NCBI GenBank assembly: GCA_963776345.1
Contig: CAVZMH010000018.1
Location: forward strand, 1-64,000
Length of the DNA: 64,000 nucleotides
Origin: an uncultured delta proteobacterium
Lineage (GTDB): Bacteria; Myxococcota; Myxococcia; Myxococcales; Myxococcaceae
Reading direction: 5' to 3'
Shown piece by piece: positions 29,735-43,214 of this stretch. Position 1 is the first letter of the stretch, and each line of letters begins with the position of its first letter. Below the pieces are notes generated by a model. The model saw nothing but the letters and a program-made list of their open reading frames with translations. It searched no databases and had not been told where the DNA came from. The translations under genes and the position numbers were made by a program.

Positions 29735-31369
29735 TCAGAGCGAAACGAAGACGAAGCCCCGCGCGTCGAGCCCGGGGATGGTGAGCGAGCCGGAGCCCGC
29801 GGTGGGCGGGCCGGCGAGGCCTTCCGAGAGCAGCACCGCCGGCGTGCCGGAGACCGGGACCGAGAACGATCCGCTCGCGGCGCTGGCCACGTTGGCCACG
29901 AAGAGCACCCGCTTCCCTGCGTCCTCGCGCAGGAGCGCCAGCACGCCCGCCGGTGCGCCGGACAGCGAGGGCAGCGTCGAGGTGCCCTTCGACAGCGGGG
30001 TCTGGGCGTGCCGGAGGGCGACCAGGTTCTTGTACAGCACCCAGAGCGAGCTCGGGTCGGCCTGCTCGGTGGCCAGGTCCACGCCCGGCGCCTCCGCGAC
30101 GTCGAACCACGGTGAGCCGGTGGTGAAGCCGTGTCCGGTGCTCGAGTTCCAGCGGTACGGGGTACGCTTGTTGCGGTCGTCCGTCGCGGCGCCGCCCTGC
30201 ATCCCCAGCTCCTCGCCGTAGTAGATGAAGGGAGTCCCGGGGAGCGCGAGGAGGAGGGCCGCCGAAACGCGCGCCGCCCCGGCGTCGCCGCCGAGGGTGC
30301 GCATCACCCGCTCCTGGTCGTGGTTGGAGAGGAACGGCGCGTCGTAGCCGCGGTCCTTCCCGGCCAGCGCGCTGTCCAGGCGGGCCAGGGTGCTGAGGAT
30401 CCCGCTCGCGTCGCCGGCCACGACCGAGGTCTTGATCGCGTCGGCGAGGTCGAAGGAGAAGCCGAGCTGCACCTCGTCGCCGTTGCCGTAGTACGTCTCG
30501 GCGATGTCGATCGGCGCCCAGGCCTCGGCCACCAGCAGCGCGTCCGGATAGTCCGTCTGCAGCTTGGCCCGGATGCGCTGGAGGAAGGCGTGGGTCTCGG
30601 GCTGGTCCTGCTGCCCGGCGTCGGCCGCGTTCTCCACGAAGTAGCGGACCGCGTCGAGCCGGAACCCGTCGACGCCGCCGTCCAGCCAGAACTTCATGGT
30701 GTCCACCAGCTCGGTCTCGACCGCCGGGGTGGTGAGGTTCAGGTCCGGCATCGAGCTGGTGAAGACGCCGTAGTAGTACGCGCCGCTCAGCGGCCACCAG
30801 GTCCGGCCCGAGCCGAACGGCTGGCGCCAGCCCGGATCGTCCGGCCGCCACACGTACCAGTCACGATGCTCGGCCGTGGGATCACTCTGCGAGTTGATGA
30901 ACCACGGGTGCTGCCGCGACGAGTGGTTCAGCACCATGTCCAGGATGACCTTCACCCCGCGCCGGTGCGCGGCGGCGACGAGGTCGTGCAGGTCGGCGAG
31001 CGAGCCGTAGGCCGGGTTCACGTTCCGGTAATCGGTGACGTCGTAGCCGTGGTAGCTCGGCGAGGGGTTGATGGGCATCAGCCACACCGCGTCCACGCCG
31101 AGGTCGTTGCCGGTGCCCGCGTCGCCGTCGTTCAGCGCGTCCAGGTGGGCGGTGAGCCCCTGGAGGTCGCCGATGCCGTCGCCGTTCGAGTCGGCGAAGC
31201 TCCGGACGAAGACCTCGTAGAACACCTTGTCCCGCCACCAGCCCTGGGTGTTGGGGGTGATGGTGGTCCCGGCGTCCGGGGGCGGCTGCGTCGTGTCCTT
31301 CGAGCTACACGCCGCGACGACGAGCGCGGCGCAGACCGCGATCCAGCTCCTGATCCGCCGCGACACCAC
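29735..31369 (-). CDS. Lipoprotein alpha-amylase (GH13)
   Basis: VAAC lipobox, [22 protein letters not shown]. Confidence 0.93.
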   Translation of the reverse strand: MVSRRIRSWIAVCAALVVAACSSKDTTQPPPDAGTTITPNTQGWWRDKVFYEVFVRSFADSNGDGIGDLQGLTAHLDALNDGDAGTGNDLGVDAVWLMPINPSPSYHGYDVTDYRNVNPAYGSLADLHDLVAAAHRRGVKVILDMVLNHSSRQHPWFINSQSDPTAEHRDWYVWRPDDPGWRQPFGSGRTWWPLSGAYYYGVFTSSMPDLNLTTPAVETELVDTMKFWLDGGVDGFRLDAVRYFVENAADAGQQDQPETHAFLQRIRAKLQTDYPDALLVAEAWAPIDIAETYYGNGDEVQLGFSFDLADAIKTSVVAGDASGILSTLARLDSALAGKDRGYDAPFLSNHDQERVMRTLGGDAGAARVSAALLLALPGTPFIYYGEELGMQGGAATDDRNKRTPYRWNSSTGHGFTTGSPWFDVAEAPGVDLATEQADPSSLWVLYKNLVALRHAQTPLSKGTSTLPSLSGAPAGVLALLREDAGKRVLFVANVASAASGSFSVPVSGTPAVLLSEGLAGPPTAGSGSLTIPGLDARGFVFVSL

Positions 31370-31463
31370 CCGCGCACCCCTCCCCGGGACTTCTCCGGCC
31401 GTCGCGCAGGCCCCGCTCCCGAGTGCAGTGCGCGCTTTCCGACCCTGGAAACGGGCGCGTTTA

Positions 31464-31477
31464 TGACACGCGTGTCA
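31464..31477. promoter_or_regulatory. Perfect 14-bp palindrome TGACACGCGTGTCA (candidate operator)
   Basis: Intergenic, about 95 bp upstream of the amylase-barrel operon; overlaps TTGACA on the minus strand. Confidence 0.5.
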
Positions 31478-31639
31478 ATGCACGGCAATGAACGAAGTGC
31501 ACGCGACGCGCTGCGAAATACTTGCATGCCGCGGCGCGGCATGAGTGGAGGAATCCTGCGCGCGCGGCCCCATCGGAAGCGCGCGCGCGTCCCCGTCCTA
31601 GGAGCCGCGGAGCGAGAGGCAAGCCTCGCCCATCCTTGC

Positions 31640-33264
31640 TCAGAGCTTGAACGCCGCGCTCGCGTGGGGCGGCAGCGTCAGCCGCACCGATCCTCCGTCG
31701 CGGGTGGCGTTCACCCCAGCCGGAGCGAGCAGCGCCTCGGCGCGGGTCGCCTCCACCTCGAGCGTGACCGCCTGGGGATCAGGACCGAGGTTGTGGGCGA
31801 CGAGCACCCGCTCCTGACCCAGGCTCCGCACGAAGGCCAGCACCGGCCCCTCGCCACGGACCACGCGGAGGGCGCCGCGGGACAGCGCCGGTGAGGCGTG
31901 CCGGACCCTGATCCATCGGCGGTAGTGCGACAGCAGCGACCCCGGATCCCCGGTCTGGGTCGCGACGTGCGTCGTATCCTGCCCCGGGGCGAAGCGGTAC
32001 CACGGCGTGCCGGTGGTGAACCCGCCGCCGGCCGCTCCGTTCCAGGGCATGGGAGTGCGCTTGGCCTCGTCCCCGTCCGCGGTGCCGTTCAGCAGACCGA
32101 TCTCCTCGCCGTAGTAGAGGAACGGCGTGCCGGGCAGGGTGAGGAGGATGGCCGCGGCGCTCCGGAGCTTGCCCGCGTCTCCCTTGAGCACGCTCGCCAC
32201 CCGGCGCATGTCGTGGTTGGTGAGGAACGGCACGTCGGTCGCGCCGGGCGGGTAGGTGTCCGCGACCTCGCGCAAGGTCTGCGCGATGCCGAGCGACTCG
32301 CCCATCTGGACCGCCTCCACCAGGTGCTTGGCCATGGGGAAGTCGAAGTTGAGCGGGAGCTCGTCGCCACCCGGGACCGCCTCGGTCGAGCCGTAGTACG
32401 GCGCGATCTTCGGGGTCTCGGTCCAGGCCTCGCCGACCAGCAGCGCGTCCGGGCGCACCGACCGCACGTGCGCGGCGAACTCCTTCCAGAAGGCGTGCGT
32501 CTCGGGCGTGTCGTTCTGGCCGTCGCCCCCGCCGTCCTCGATGAGGTGCCGGGCTGCGTCCAGGCGGAATCCGTCCACGCCACGGGCAAGCCAGAACGCC
32601 GCCAGCCGCTTGGCCTCGGCCCGCACCGCCGGCGCGCGGAAGTTCAGGTCCGGCATCCCGGCCCAGAACAGCCCGTAGTAGTAGGCGCCGTTCTTCTTGT
32701 GCCATGTGCTGCCGGCGGCGTTCCACGGCTGCCCCAGCCGAGGTCGGTGGGGCTCCACACGTACCAGTCGCGCTTCGGCGAGCCCGGGCCCGACGCCGAG
32801 TCGATGAACCAGGGGTGCTGGTTCGAGGTGTGGTTGAGGACCAGGTCGACGATGACGTGCATCCCGCGGCGGTGGGCCTCGGTGCACAGCCGGGTCAGGT
32901 CCTCATTCGTCCCGTAGTCGGGATTGACCCGCTCGTAATCGGTGGTGTCGTAGCCGTGGTAGCTCGGCGAGGCGAACACCGGCATGAGCCACAGCGCGTC
33001 CACGCCGAGGTCCTGGTCGGTCTCGGGCTTGCCGTCGTTCAGGTAGTCGAGCCGGGAGATGAGCCCCGGGAGGTCGCCCTTCCCGTCGCCGTTCGAGTCC
33101 TGGAAGCTGCGGACGAAGACCTCGTAGAAGACTGCGCCGTTGGCCCAGCTCTCGAAGGTGCGTGGCCGCTCCGCGACGGGCGCCGTCGCCGGAGGCGGCC
33201 GTGACGCAGTGCAGCCGAGTCCGGCGAGGAGGACGAGCAGCGTCGTGGCCCGTCCGCGGCGCAC
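31640..33264 (-). CDS. Lipoprotein alpha-amylase (GH13), paralogue of neighbour; frameshift near 32730
   Basis: LAGLGC, SYHGYD, GFRLDA, GEAW, FLTNHD, split over ORFs 32644-33456 and 31640-32887. Confidence 0.9.
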
Positions 33265-33322
33265 CGCGCGCCGTCCCTGTTTGCATTGCCCGGGGACTCC
33301 GAACGGTTCAATCTCCGTCGCC

Positions 33323-36823
<3,501 letters not shown>

Positions 36824-36834
36824 ACGTGGGTCCG

Positions 36835-38628
36835 ATGACCGAGCAACGCCTCCACCGTACGCTGTGCCTCACCGCCGTCCTCGTCGCCCTCGCCGGCTGC
36901 GGCTCGAGCAGCGGCAACAACGACGCCGGCACCTGGAGTCCCGGCCAGCCGCTCACCCTGAACGTGGGCGCCACCTTCCCGGCCGGGACGGTGGTCCGCG
37001 ACGTCTCCTCGAACACCACGGCCACCGTGAGCTCGCAGGGCACGGTGAGCTTCACCCCGGACTCGAGCGGGCTCCTGCTGCTGGAGAAGGACGGGGCGGC
37101 GCCCACCCCGTTCAGCTGGGCGAATGCCACCGTCTATTTCCTGCTCACCGACCGCTTCTTCAACGGGGACCCATCGAACGACAACTCGTACGGCACGCGG
37201 CCGAAGGACGGGGCGGACGAGATCGGCACCTGGCACGGCGGGGACTGGAAGGGCGTCACAGCGAAGCTGGACCACATCGCCAGCCTCGGGGCGACGGCGA
37301 TCTGGATCTCGCCCATCGTCGAGCAGGTGCACGGCTGGGTGGGCGGCGGCACCGGCGACTTCAAGCACTACGGCTACGCGGGGTATTGGGCGCTCGACTT
37401 CACCCGGCTCGACGCGAACTGGGGGAACGAGGCAGACCTCCGGGCGCTGGTGGACGCCGCCCACGCCCGGGGCATCCGGGTGCTGGTCGACGTGGTGCTG
37501 AACCATCCGGGTTACGCGACCGGCGACGACCTGGTGGCGTACCTGCCCTCGGTCTTCTTCGACGGCACGGGCGATGCGTTCATGGCGTTCGTCCCGCCGG
37601 CGGGCCGTGGCTATCAGGCCTGGAACGACCTGGTGAACTACAACTCCAGCGACTGGGTGAAGTGGTGGACGCCGGTGTGGATCCGGGCCGGCTTCCCGGG
37701 GTTCCCACCGTCGGGGAGCACCGACGAGACCCGCCAGCTGAGCTCGCTCCCGGACTTCCGGACCGAGTCGACCGACGCCGCGCCGCGGCCGCCCTTCTTC
37801 GACCAGAAGACCGACACGGCCTTCGTCGGGACGGCAAACACCACGGTCCGCCAGTACCTGGTGAAGTGGCACACCGACTGGCTCACGCAGTTCGGGTTCG
37901 ACGGCTTCCGCTGCGACACGGCGAAGAACGTCGAGCTCGCCTCGTGGAAGGCGCTCAAGGACGCCGCGGTCCCGGCGCTGGCGGCGTGGAAGAGCGCCAA
38001 CCCGACCAAGAAGCTCGACGACGCGCCGTTCTGGATGACCGGCGAGGTCTTCGGCCACGGCGTCGAGAAGGACGCGTACTACTCCGACGGCGGGTTCGAC
38101 TCGCTCATCAACTTCGACTTCCAGCGCTTCCTGCTCTCGTACCTCACCACCAGGGGCTCGCTGGTCGCTGCCCAGGCCGACGTCGAGGCGCTCTACTCGA
38201 GCTACGCGGCGCTGATCTCCGCCGACCCGACCTTCGACGCGCTCTCGTACCTATCGTCGCACGACACGCAGCTCTTCTACGCCGCGCTGAACCAGCAGCC
38301 GTCGCTGCAGAAGCAGGCCGGCACCGCACTGCTCCTCGCTCCGGGCGGGGTGCAGATCTTCTACGGCGACGAGAGCGGGCGGCCGCTCGGCAAGTCGGGA
38401 AGCGACCCCACGCAGGGCACCCGCTCGGACATGAACTGGGCCACCATGGACCCGGACATGCTCGCCCACTGGCAGAAGGTGGGCGGGTTCCGGAAGCGCC
38501 ACGGGGCAATCGGCGGCGGGGCGCACCAGAAGCTCCAGGCGCCATCGAACGTCTACGCCTTCTCGCGGACCCTGAAATCGGGCAACGTGGACGACGCCGT
38601 GGTGGTGGCCATCACCCCCACCAACTGA
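36835..38628 (+). CDS. Lipoprotein alpha-amylase (GH13, MalS-like catalytic domain)
   Basis: LAGC, WHGGDWKG, GFRCDTAK, TGEVF, YLSSHDT. Confidence 0.9.
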   Translation: MTEQRLHRTLCLTAVLVALAGCGSSSGNNDAGTWSPGQPLTLNVGATFPAGTVVRDVSSNTTATVSSQGTVSFTPDSSGLLLLEKDGAAPTPFSWANATVYFLLTDRFFNGDPSNDNSYGTRPKDGADEIGTWHGGDWKGVTAKLDHIASLGATAIWISPIVEQVHGWVGGGTGDFKHYGYAGYWALDFTRLDANWGNEADLRALVDAAHARGIRVLVDVVLNHPGYATGDDLVAYLPSVFFDGTGDAFMAFVPPAGRGYQAWNDLVNYNSSDWVKWWTPVWIRAGFPGFPPSGSTDETRQLSSLPDFRTESTDAAPRPPFFDQKTDTAFVGTANTTVRQYLVKWHTDWLTQFGFDGFRCDTAKNVELASWKALKDAAVPALAAWKSANPTKKLDDAPFWMTGEVFGHGVEKDAYYSDGGFDSLINFDFQRFLLSYLTTRGSLVAAQADVEALYSSYAALISADPTFDALSYLSSHDTQLFYAALNQQPSLQKQAGTALLLAPGGVQIFYGDESGRPLGKSGSDPTQGTRSDMNWATMDPDMLAHWQKVGGFRKRHGAIGGGAHQKLQAPSNVYAFSRTLKSGNVDDAVVVAITPTN

Positions 38629-38645
38629 TCCGAGCGTTGCCAGAG

Positions 38646-39164
38646 ATGACCGTCCGACTCACCGCCGCCTCGCTGCTGCTGGCTCTCGCCGCCGGCTGCA
38701 ACGATGGTGGCCCCTTCAACCCCGACGCGGGTTTCCCCGCCTTCGATGTCACCATCGGCGGCGTCCGCCTGGTGGCCAACTCCAGCGCGGCGATCGCCAG
38801 CGGCAACGTCTTCACCGTGCTGCTCAGCGATCAGCCCAACGCCTGCCAGCAGTACGGCCACTACCCGGCGCGGACCTGGACCACGCTGACCATGAAGCTG
38901 GCAGCCTCGACCAGCACGCCCACCGTGGGCACCGTGGTCCCGCAGCAGGCGCTGCCTGGCCCCGGTCAGGTGGTGGGCACGCTGGTGAAGGCCACGGCAG
39001 ACCGGCCGCCGAGCGCCAACCTCGACGCCCAGGACGGCACCGTCACCTGGAGGTCCAACATCGACTTCAGCCTCACGCTCCAGTCGATCGACGTCGGGTT
39101 CGCCGGGACGTCCGACCGGTTGACGGTGCAGGCCATCGGCGTGCCCCCATGCACGCCGCAGTAG
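38646..39164 (+). CDS. Hypothetical lipoprotein
   Basis: MTVRLTAASLLLALAAGC lipobox; beta-rich body. Confidence 0.75.
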   Translation: MTVRLTAASLLLALAAGCNDGGPFNPDAGFPAFDVTIGGVRLVANSSAAIASGNVFTVLLSDQPNACQQYGHYPARTWTTLTMKLAASTSTPTVGTVVPQQALPGPGQVVGTLVKATADRPPSANLDAQDGTVTWRSNIDFSLTLQSIDVGFAGTSDRLTVQAIGVPPCTPQ

Positions 39165-39168
39165 GCGG

Positions 39169-41814
39169 CTACGGCGGCGCGGGCAGGGTGATGATCGCCG
39201 TGTCGTCGATGATCAGCGGATCCGTGCTCTGGCCTCCGCCGAAGTCCCACTGCCCACCGCTGGGCGTGAGCGGCCGGAAGTTCCCGCCGATGCCGTCGAA
39301 GTCCCAGGTCGTCAGGTAGACCTTCACCCCGGCCCAGGTGGCGAGCCCGTAGTTGGTGCGGTTGTAGGAGAAGGTCACGGTCTTGGTCGCCTGATCGGCG
39401 AACACCACCGGCGGGATGGTCGTCGTCCCGTAGGCCGAGTCCGTCGCTCCCTGCGTGGTGTACATCGCGTTGTTCCAGCCGTAGGTGAACTGGTCCAGGC
39501 TCCAGGTCAGCCCGCCCGGCATCGAGGCGTTCAGCTTGGGAAAGACCGTGAGCCCCTGCTGGCCGGGAATGGCGAAGAAGATGTTGAAGGCGACGTGGTC
39601 GAAGCCGAGCGCCGGCTTCCACACCACGCTCCAGTCCGCCATCGTCACGTGGAGGAGCATGGTGGTCTTGCCGACCTCTGCCACCACCTTGGTGATGTCC
39701 CCGAAGTGCTTCCCGGTGAACGTCATGTCCTGGGGATAGGTGTACGTCTTCCCCTGGGGACCGGTGTCGTCGCCGGCCGGGTCGTCCAGGGTGACCGAGT
39801 TGCCGACGAAGACGATGTTGCTGGTGAACTTCAGCCGCGGGGTCGAGACGTGCACCGCCGGCGCATAGAAGGCGAGCGTGTGGCTGGCGGTCCCGATGGG
39901 GAAGTTCGAGACCGGAAGCACGATGCTCCAGGTGCCGTCCGGCTTGACGTTGACATCCGTGGCCCGGTCGTACGCGCCGTCGATCACCATCTTCAGCGCG
40001 GTGCTCGCCGGGCTCACCGAGCCGGTCACCGTCACGTCGTCGGTGAAGGTCTGGCCGTCGATGGTGGTGCTGACCGTGATGGTGGCCCCGGGCGGGGGAA
40101 CGGTGGTCACCTGGGTGGTCGCCTGGAGGATCTGCACCGAGCGCCCCGGGAGGACGGCCACGATGGCCCCGCCGTCACCCACGGACACCAGCGTGCCCGC
40201 CGGCACCGCCGGGGTGAAGCCCTCGGCATCGAGCACCGAGAGCTGCGTGCCGGCAGGCAGGCCGGTGGGCAACCCGGACATGAGCGTGTTGCCGTCCGAG
40301 GTGTTCATCACCACGAAGAAGGTGTCGCTCCCTAGCGCGCGGCGATAGGCGAACACGCCCGGCGACGCCTCGTTGTCGTACAGCACGTCCAGCGAGCCCT
40401 GGGTGAACGCCTTGTTCGCCTTGCGGATGTCCGCCAGCTTCTTCAAGAAGAAGTAGCGATCGCCCGGGAGGAACGAGTCGCCGTTCGCCTTCCAGCCCCC
40501 GGCGAACATCGCGGCGCGCGTCTCGGTGAAGTCCTGCTCGGTGCCGTAGTAGACGATCGGAATGCCCGGGATGGTGAAGATCAGCGCCAGCGCCTGGATC
40601 ATCGCCTTCCGGCTGCCCACCGCGAGGAAGCGCTGGTTGTCGTGGTTGTCGATGAAGGTCGGCGTGGCGTAGGGGTTGGGGTACAGCGACGGGTCCATGA
40701 AGCGCCCGAGCCGGTAGCTCAGGTACGAGGTCGGCTGCCCGCCGGTGAAGACGCGGTTGATCTCCGAATAGAGCGGATACGCGAGCAATGCCGGCAGCTC
40801 GGGGCTTCCCGCATCGCCCTGGTAGCTCGCCACCTTCTGGTCCGCGACGGCGCTCAGCGGGTCGGAGTTCTCGAAGACCTCCCCGAAGGCGAAGAAGCGG
40901 TCGCGCCCGGTGGACCTGGCGGCGGCCATCATCCCCGGCGCGTCCGCGGCAGTGGAGTAGAAGAAGTCGTTCCAGAAGGCGTGCGGGACGTACTTCACCG
41001 TGTCCACCCGGAACGCGTCGACGCCCACCTCCTTGATCCAGTAGCCGTACGAGTCGCGGAGCGCGGTGCGCACCGTGGCGTTCTCCGTGTTCAGGTCATC
41101 CAGGTCCGACACCTGGTAGTTCAGCTCCTGGTTCGCGTCGAAGTAGTCGGTGATGACCGGCGTCCAGTGGTAGACGCCGGCGTCTCGCTGTGCCGGGTCG
41201 CGCGGATCGTCCTGGTCGAACGGTGACTGCTCGGGCCTCGCCGTCGGCACCGCCTGGGTGTTCATCACCACGTTCTTCGAGACGTCCGAGGGGTCGTAGC
41301 TCGACTAAGTGAAGAAGTTCCCCATGTGATTCGGGACCACGTCCTGGATGAGGTACATCCCGCGCTTGTGCAGGGCGTCGCTCAGCGCCTTGTAGGTGTC
41401 GAGCGTGCCCAGGTGCTCGTCCACCTTCTTGAGATTCCGCGCCCAGTACCCGTGGTAGCCGCCGGACTGCTGCAGCGGGTCCCACCACATGTTCGCCACG
41501 GGCGGGGTGATCCAGATCGCGGTCGCGCCCAGCCCCTGGATGTAGTCCAGCTTGTCGATGAGTCCCTTGAGGTCGCCGCCGGAGTACTTGTCCGGGTTGG
41601 TCGGATCGAACTCGTCCCTTCGCTTGGTTGTCGTTCGACCTGTCCCCGTTCGCGAAGCGGTCGGTCATCACGAAGTAGACGACCTGCTCCTCCCAGGCGG
41701 GCGAGGGGACGTGGAGCTTCAGCTGCGAGGGCGGCGGCTCCGACGGCGCGACGAGCATCCGAGCGCGACGACGCCGACCACCAGCCACCACGCCCACCGA
41801 CGAACAGGTTCCAT
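39169..41814 (-). CDS. GH13 amylase with C-terminal DOMON-like domain; indels near 41620 and 41760, in-frame TAG at 41305-41307
   Basis: VYFVMTDRF, GYHGYW, AFRVDTVK, GEVF, FIDNHD, DDPAGDDTGP. Confidence 0.85.
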
Positions 41815-41879
41815 CCAGTGCCTCCCGGAGGCGGTCGACCGCCGGTCCGGCCAGGGATCTACGCCGAAGCGGGCCCCCG

Positions 41880-42009
41880 GCGCACGAGATGCAGCACGTC
41901 GGCGCTGACATCGCGCGCAAGCGGTGCACCGGGCTCGGCGCCGGATCCGCACGGGTTGCGTCGGGTCCGGCACAATCAGAGTGTTCCCCTCGTTGGCGCA
42001 GTGTGTGCA
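41880..42009 (+). promoter_or_regulatory. sigma54 promoter with three upstream GCA-N5-TGC boxes
   Basis: TGGCGCAGTGTGTGCA at 41994-42009; boxes at 41880-41894, 41915-41929, 41947-41961. Confidence 0.7.
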
Positions 42010-42023
42010 CGATGCGGGCCCCC

Positions 42024-42623
42024 ATGGAACGCGCAGACCTCGCCACGCGCTCCGGAGACGCTCCCGCGTTCTCCGGCCTCGTCCGTTCGCTCGTCGACTG
42101 GTACGGGGGGCTCTTCGCACCGAGCGCCACCGTCGAGGAGATCACCTCCCGGGTGCAGCTGCCCGCGCCTCCGGACCGGGTCTGGGGCTCACTCAAGTTC
42201 TACGAGGAGGTCCCGTCCCGTCCTGGGGCCTTGCTCCGGATCGGCCTGCCCGCCCCGGTGCGCTCCGAGGGCGAGAAGACCCGCGTCGGGGGCACCGTCC
42301 GCTGCGTCTACGAGGGCGGGTACGTCCTCAAGCGCACCACCTCGGCCGAGCCACCGAACGTGCTCCGCTTCGAGGTGTTCGAGCAGAGGCTCGGGCTCGA
42401 GCGGTGCCTCTCGCTGAGCGATGGCGTCTACGAGATCCGGGCCGTTCCCGGCGGCTCCGAGGTGGCGCTGACCACGAGGTATCGTGGTCACCTCCGCCCG
42501 CGGGGAGTGTTCCGGCCCCTCGAGCGGCGGCTGGCCCACGAGATCCACGGGCACATCCTCGCGGGGATGCGCACCGCGCTGGAGACGGCCGCGGCCTCCC
42601 GGATCGAGGCGAAGGTCGGTTGA
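42024..42623 (+). CDS. SRPBCC/polyketide cyclase-like protein
   Basis: LPAPPDRVW, VGGTVRCVY, TTRY, C-terminal helix EIHGHILAGM. Confidence 0.75.
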   Translation: MERADLATRSGDAPAFSGLVRSLVDWYGGLFAPSATVEEITSRVQLPAPPDRVWGSLKFYEEVPSRPGALLRIGLPAPVRSEGEKTRVGGTVRCVYEGGYVLKRTTSAEPPNVLRFEVFEQRLGLERCLSLSDGVYEIRAVPGGSEVALTTRYRGHLRPRGVFRPLERRLAHEIHGHILAGMRTALETAAASRIEAKVG

Positions 42624-42768
42624 GAGCGGTCCGCGGCGGCGCTGACGGAGCATCGGAGTCCGGAGACAGGGAACGGCCTGCCCCGAGGGAACGCGGCCGG
42701 CCCGTGAGGATGGCGCGGCTGCCAGGAAGGTGCTGGCCTGGGCCCCAGCCGTGGCAGGTTGCAGAGGC

Positions 42769-43022
42769 TGCATTCCGGGGATGCCGAGTGCAACGCTGCA
42801 TCCCGAAACGATCTCTCGGGAGGGCGGGGGGGGCAGGGCGAGCTGTCATCGCGAGAGGATTGGAAGGCTCGGGGACGTGGAGTGCAGTTCGGGTATGCCG
42901 AGTGCGATGCCACGTCCCGGAACGGACGCTTCCACGTTCGGGAAGTGCGGCCTCGGCCGGGTCCCCCCACCCAGGCGAGAGATCGTTCCGGGATGCCACG
43001 TGCAACTCCACATCCCGGCGGC
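42769..43022. repeat. Cluster of three imperfect palindromic ~42-bp repeats
   Basis: Units start at 42769, 42883 and 42981; core cggg.atgcc..gtgc.a.....c.tcccg. Confidence 0.7.
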
Positions 43023-43214
43023 GCTCTCGTTCCCAGTCCTGAGCGGCCGGAACGTGCGGAGGCCGTCCGGGACTTCGCACTGCCCGCGGTGCCCGGCGAG
43101 CCCCGTGTCCGCTCGAGGCCAGGCACCGCGTTCATCCGGGTACTGCAGACCGGACGGACGCAGAAGACCACCTCCCGCAGGGTCGCCGGAGCGACAGACC
43201 TCACCTCACGGGTC

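Noticed and set aside
41305..41307. Recoded amber codon (pyrrolysine) in the amylase
   Set aside because: No pyl genes seen, the gene has other errors, and a single substitution gives Tyr.
42769..43022. CRISPR array
   Set aside because: Only three degenerate units, irregular spacing (114 and 98 bp), spacers with internal repeats, no cas genes.
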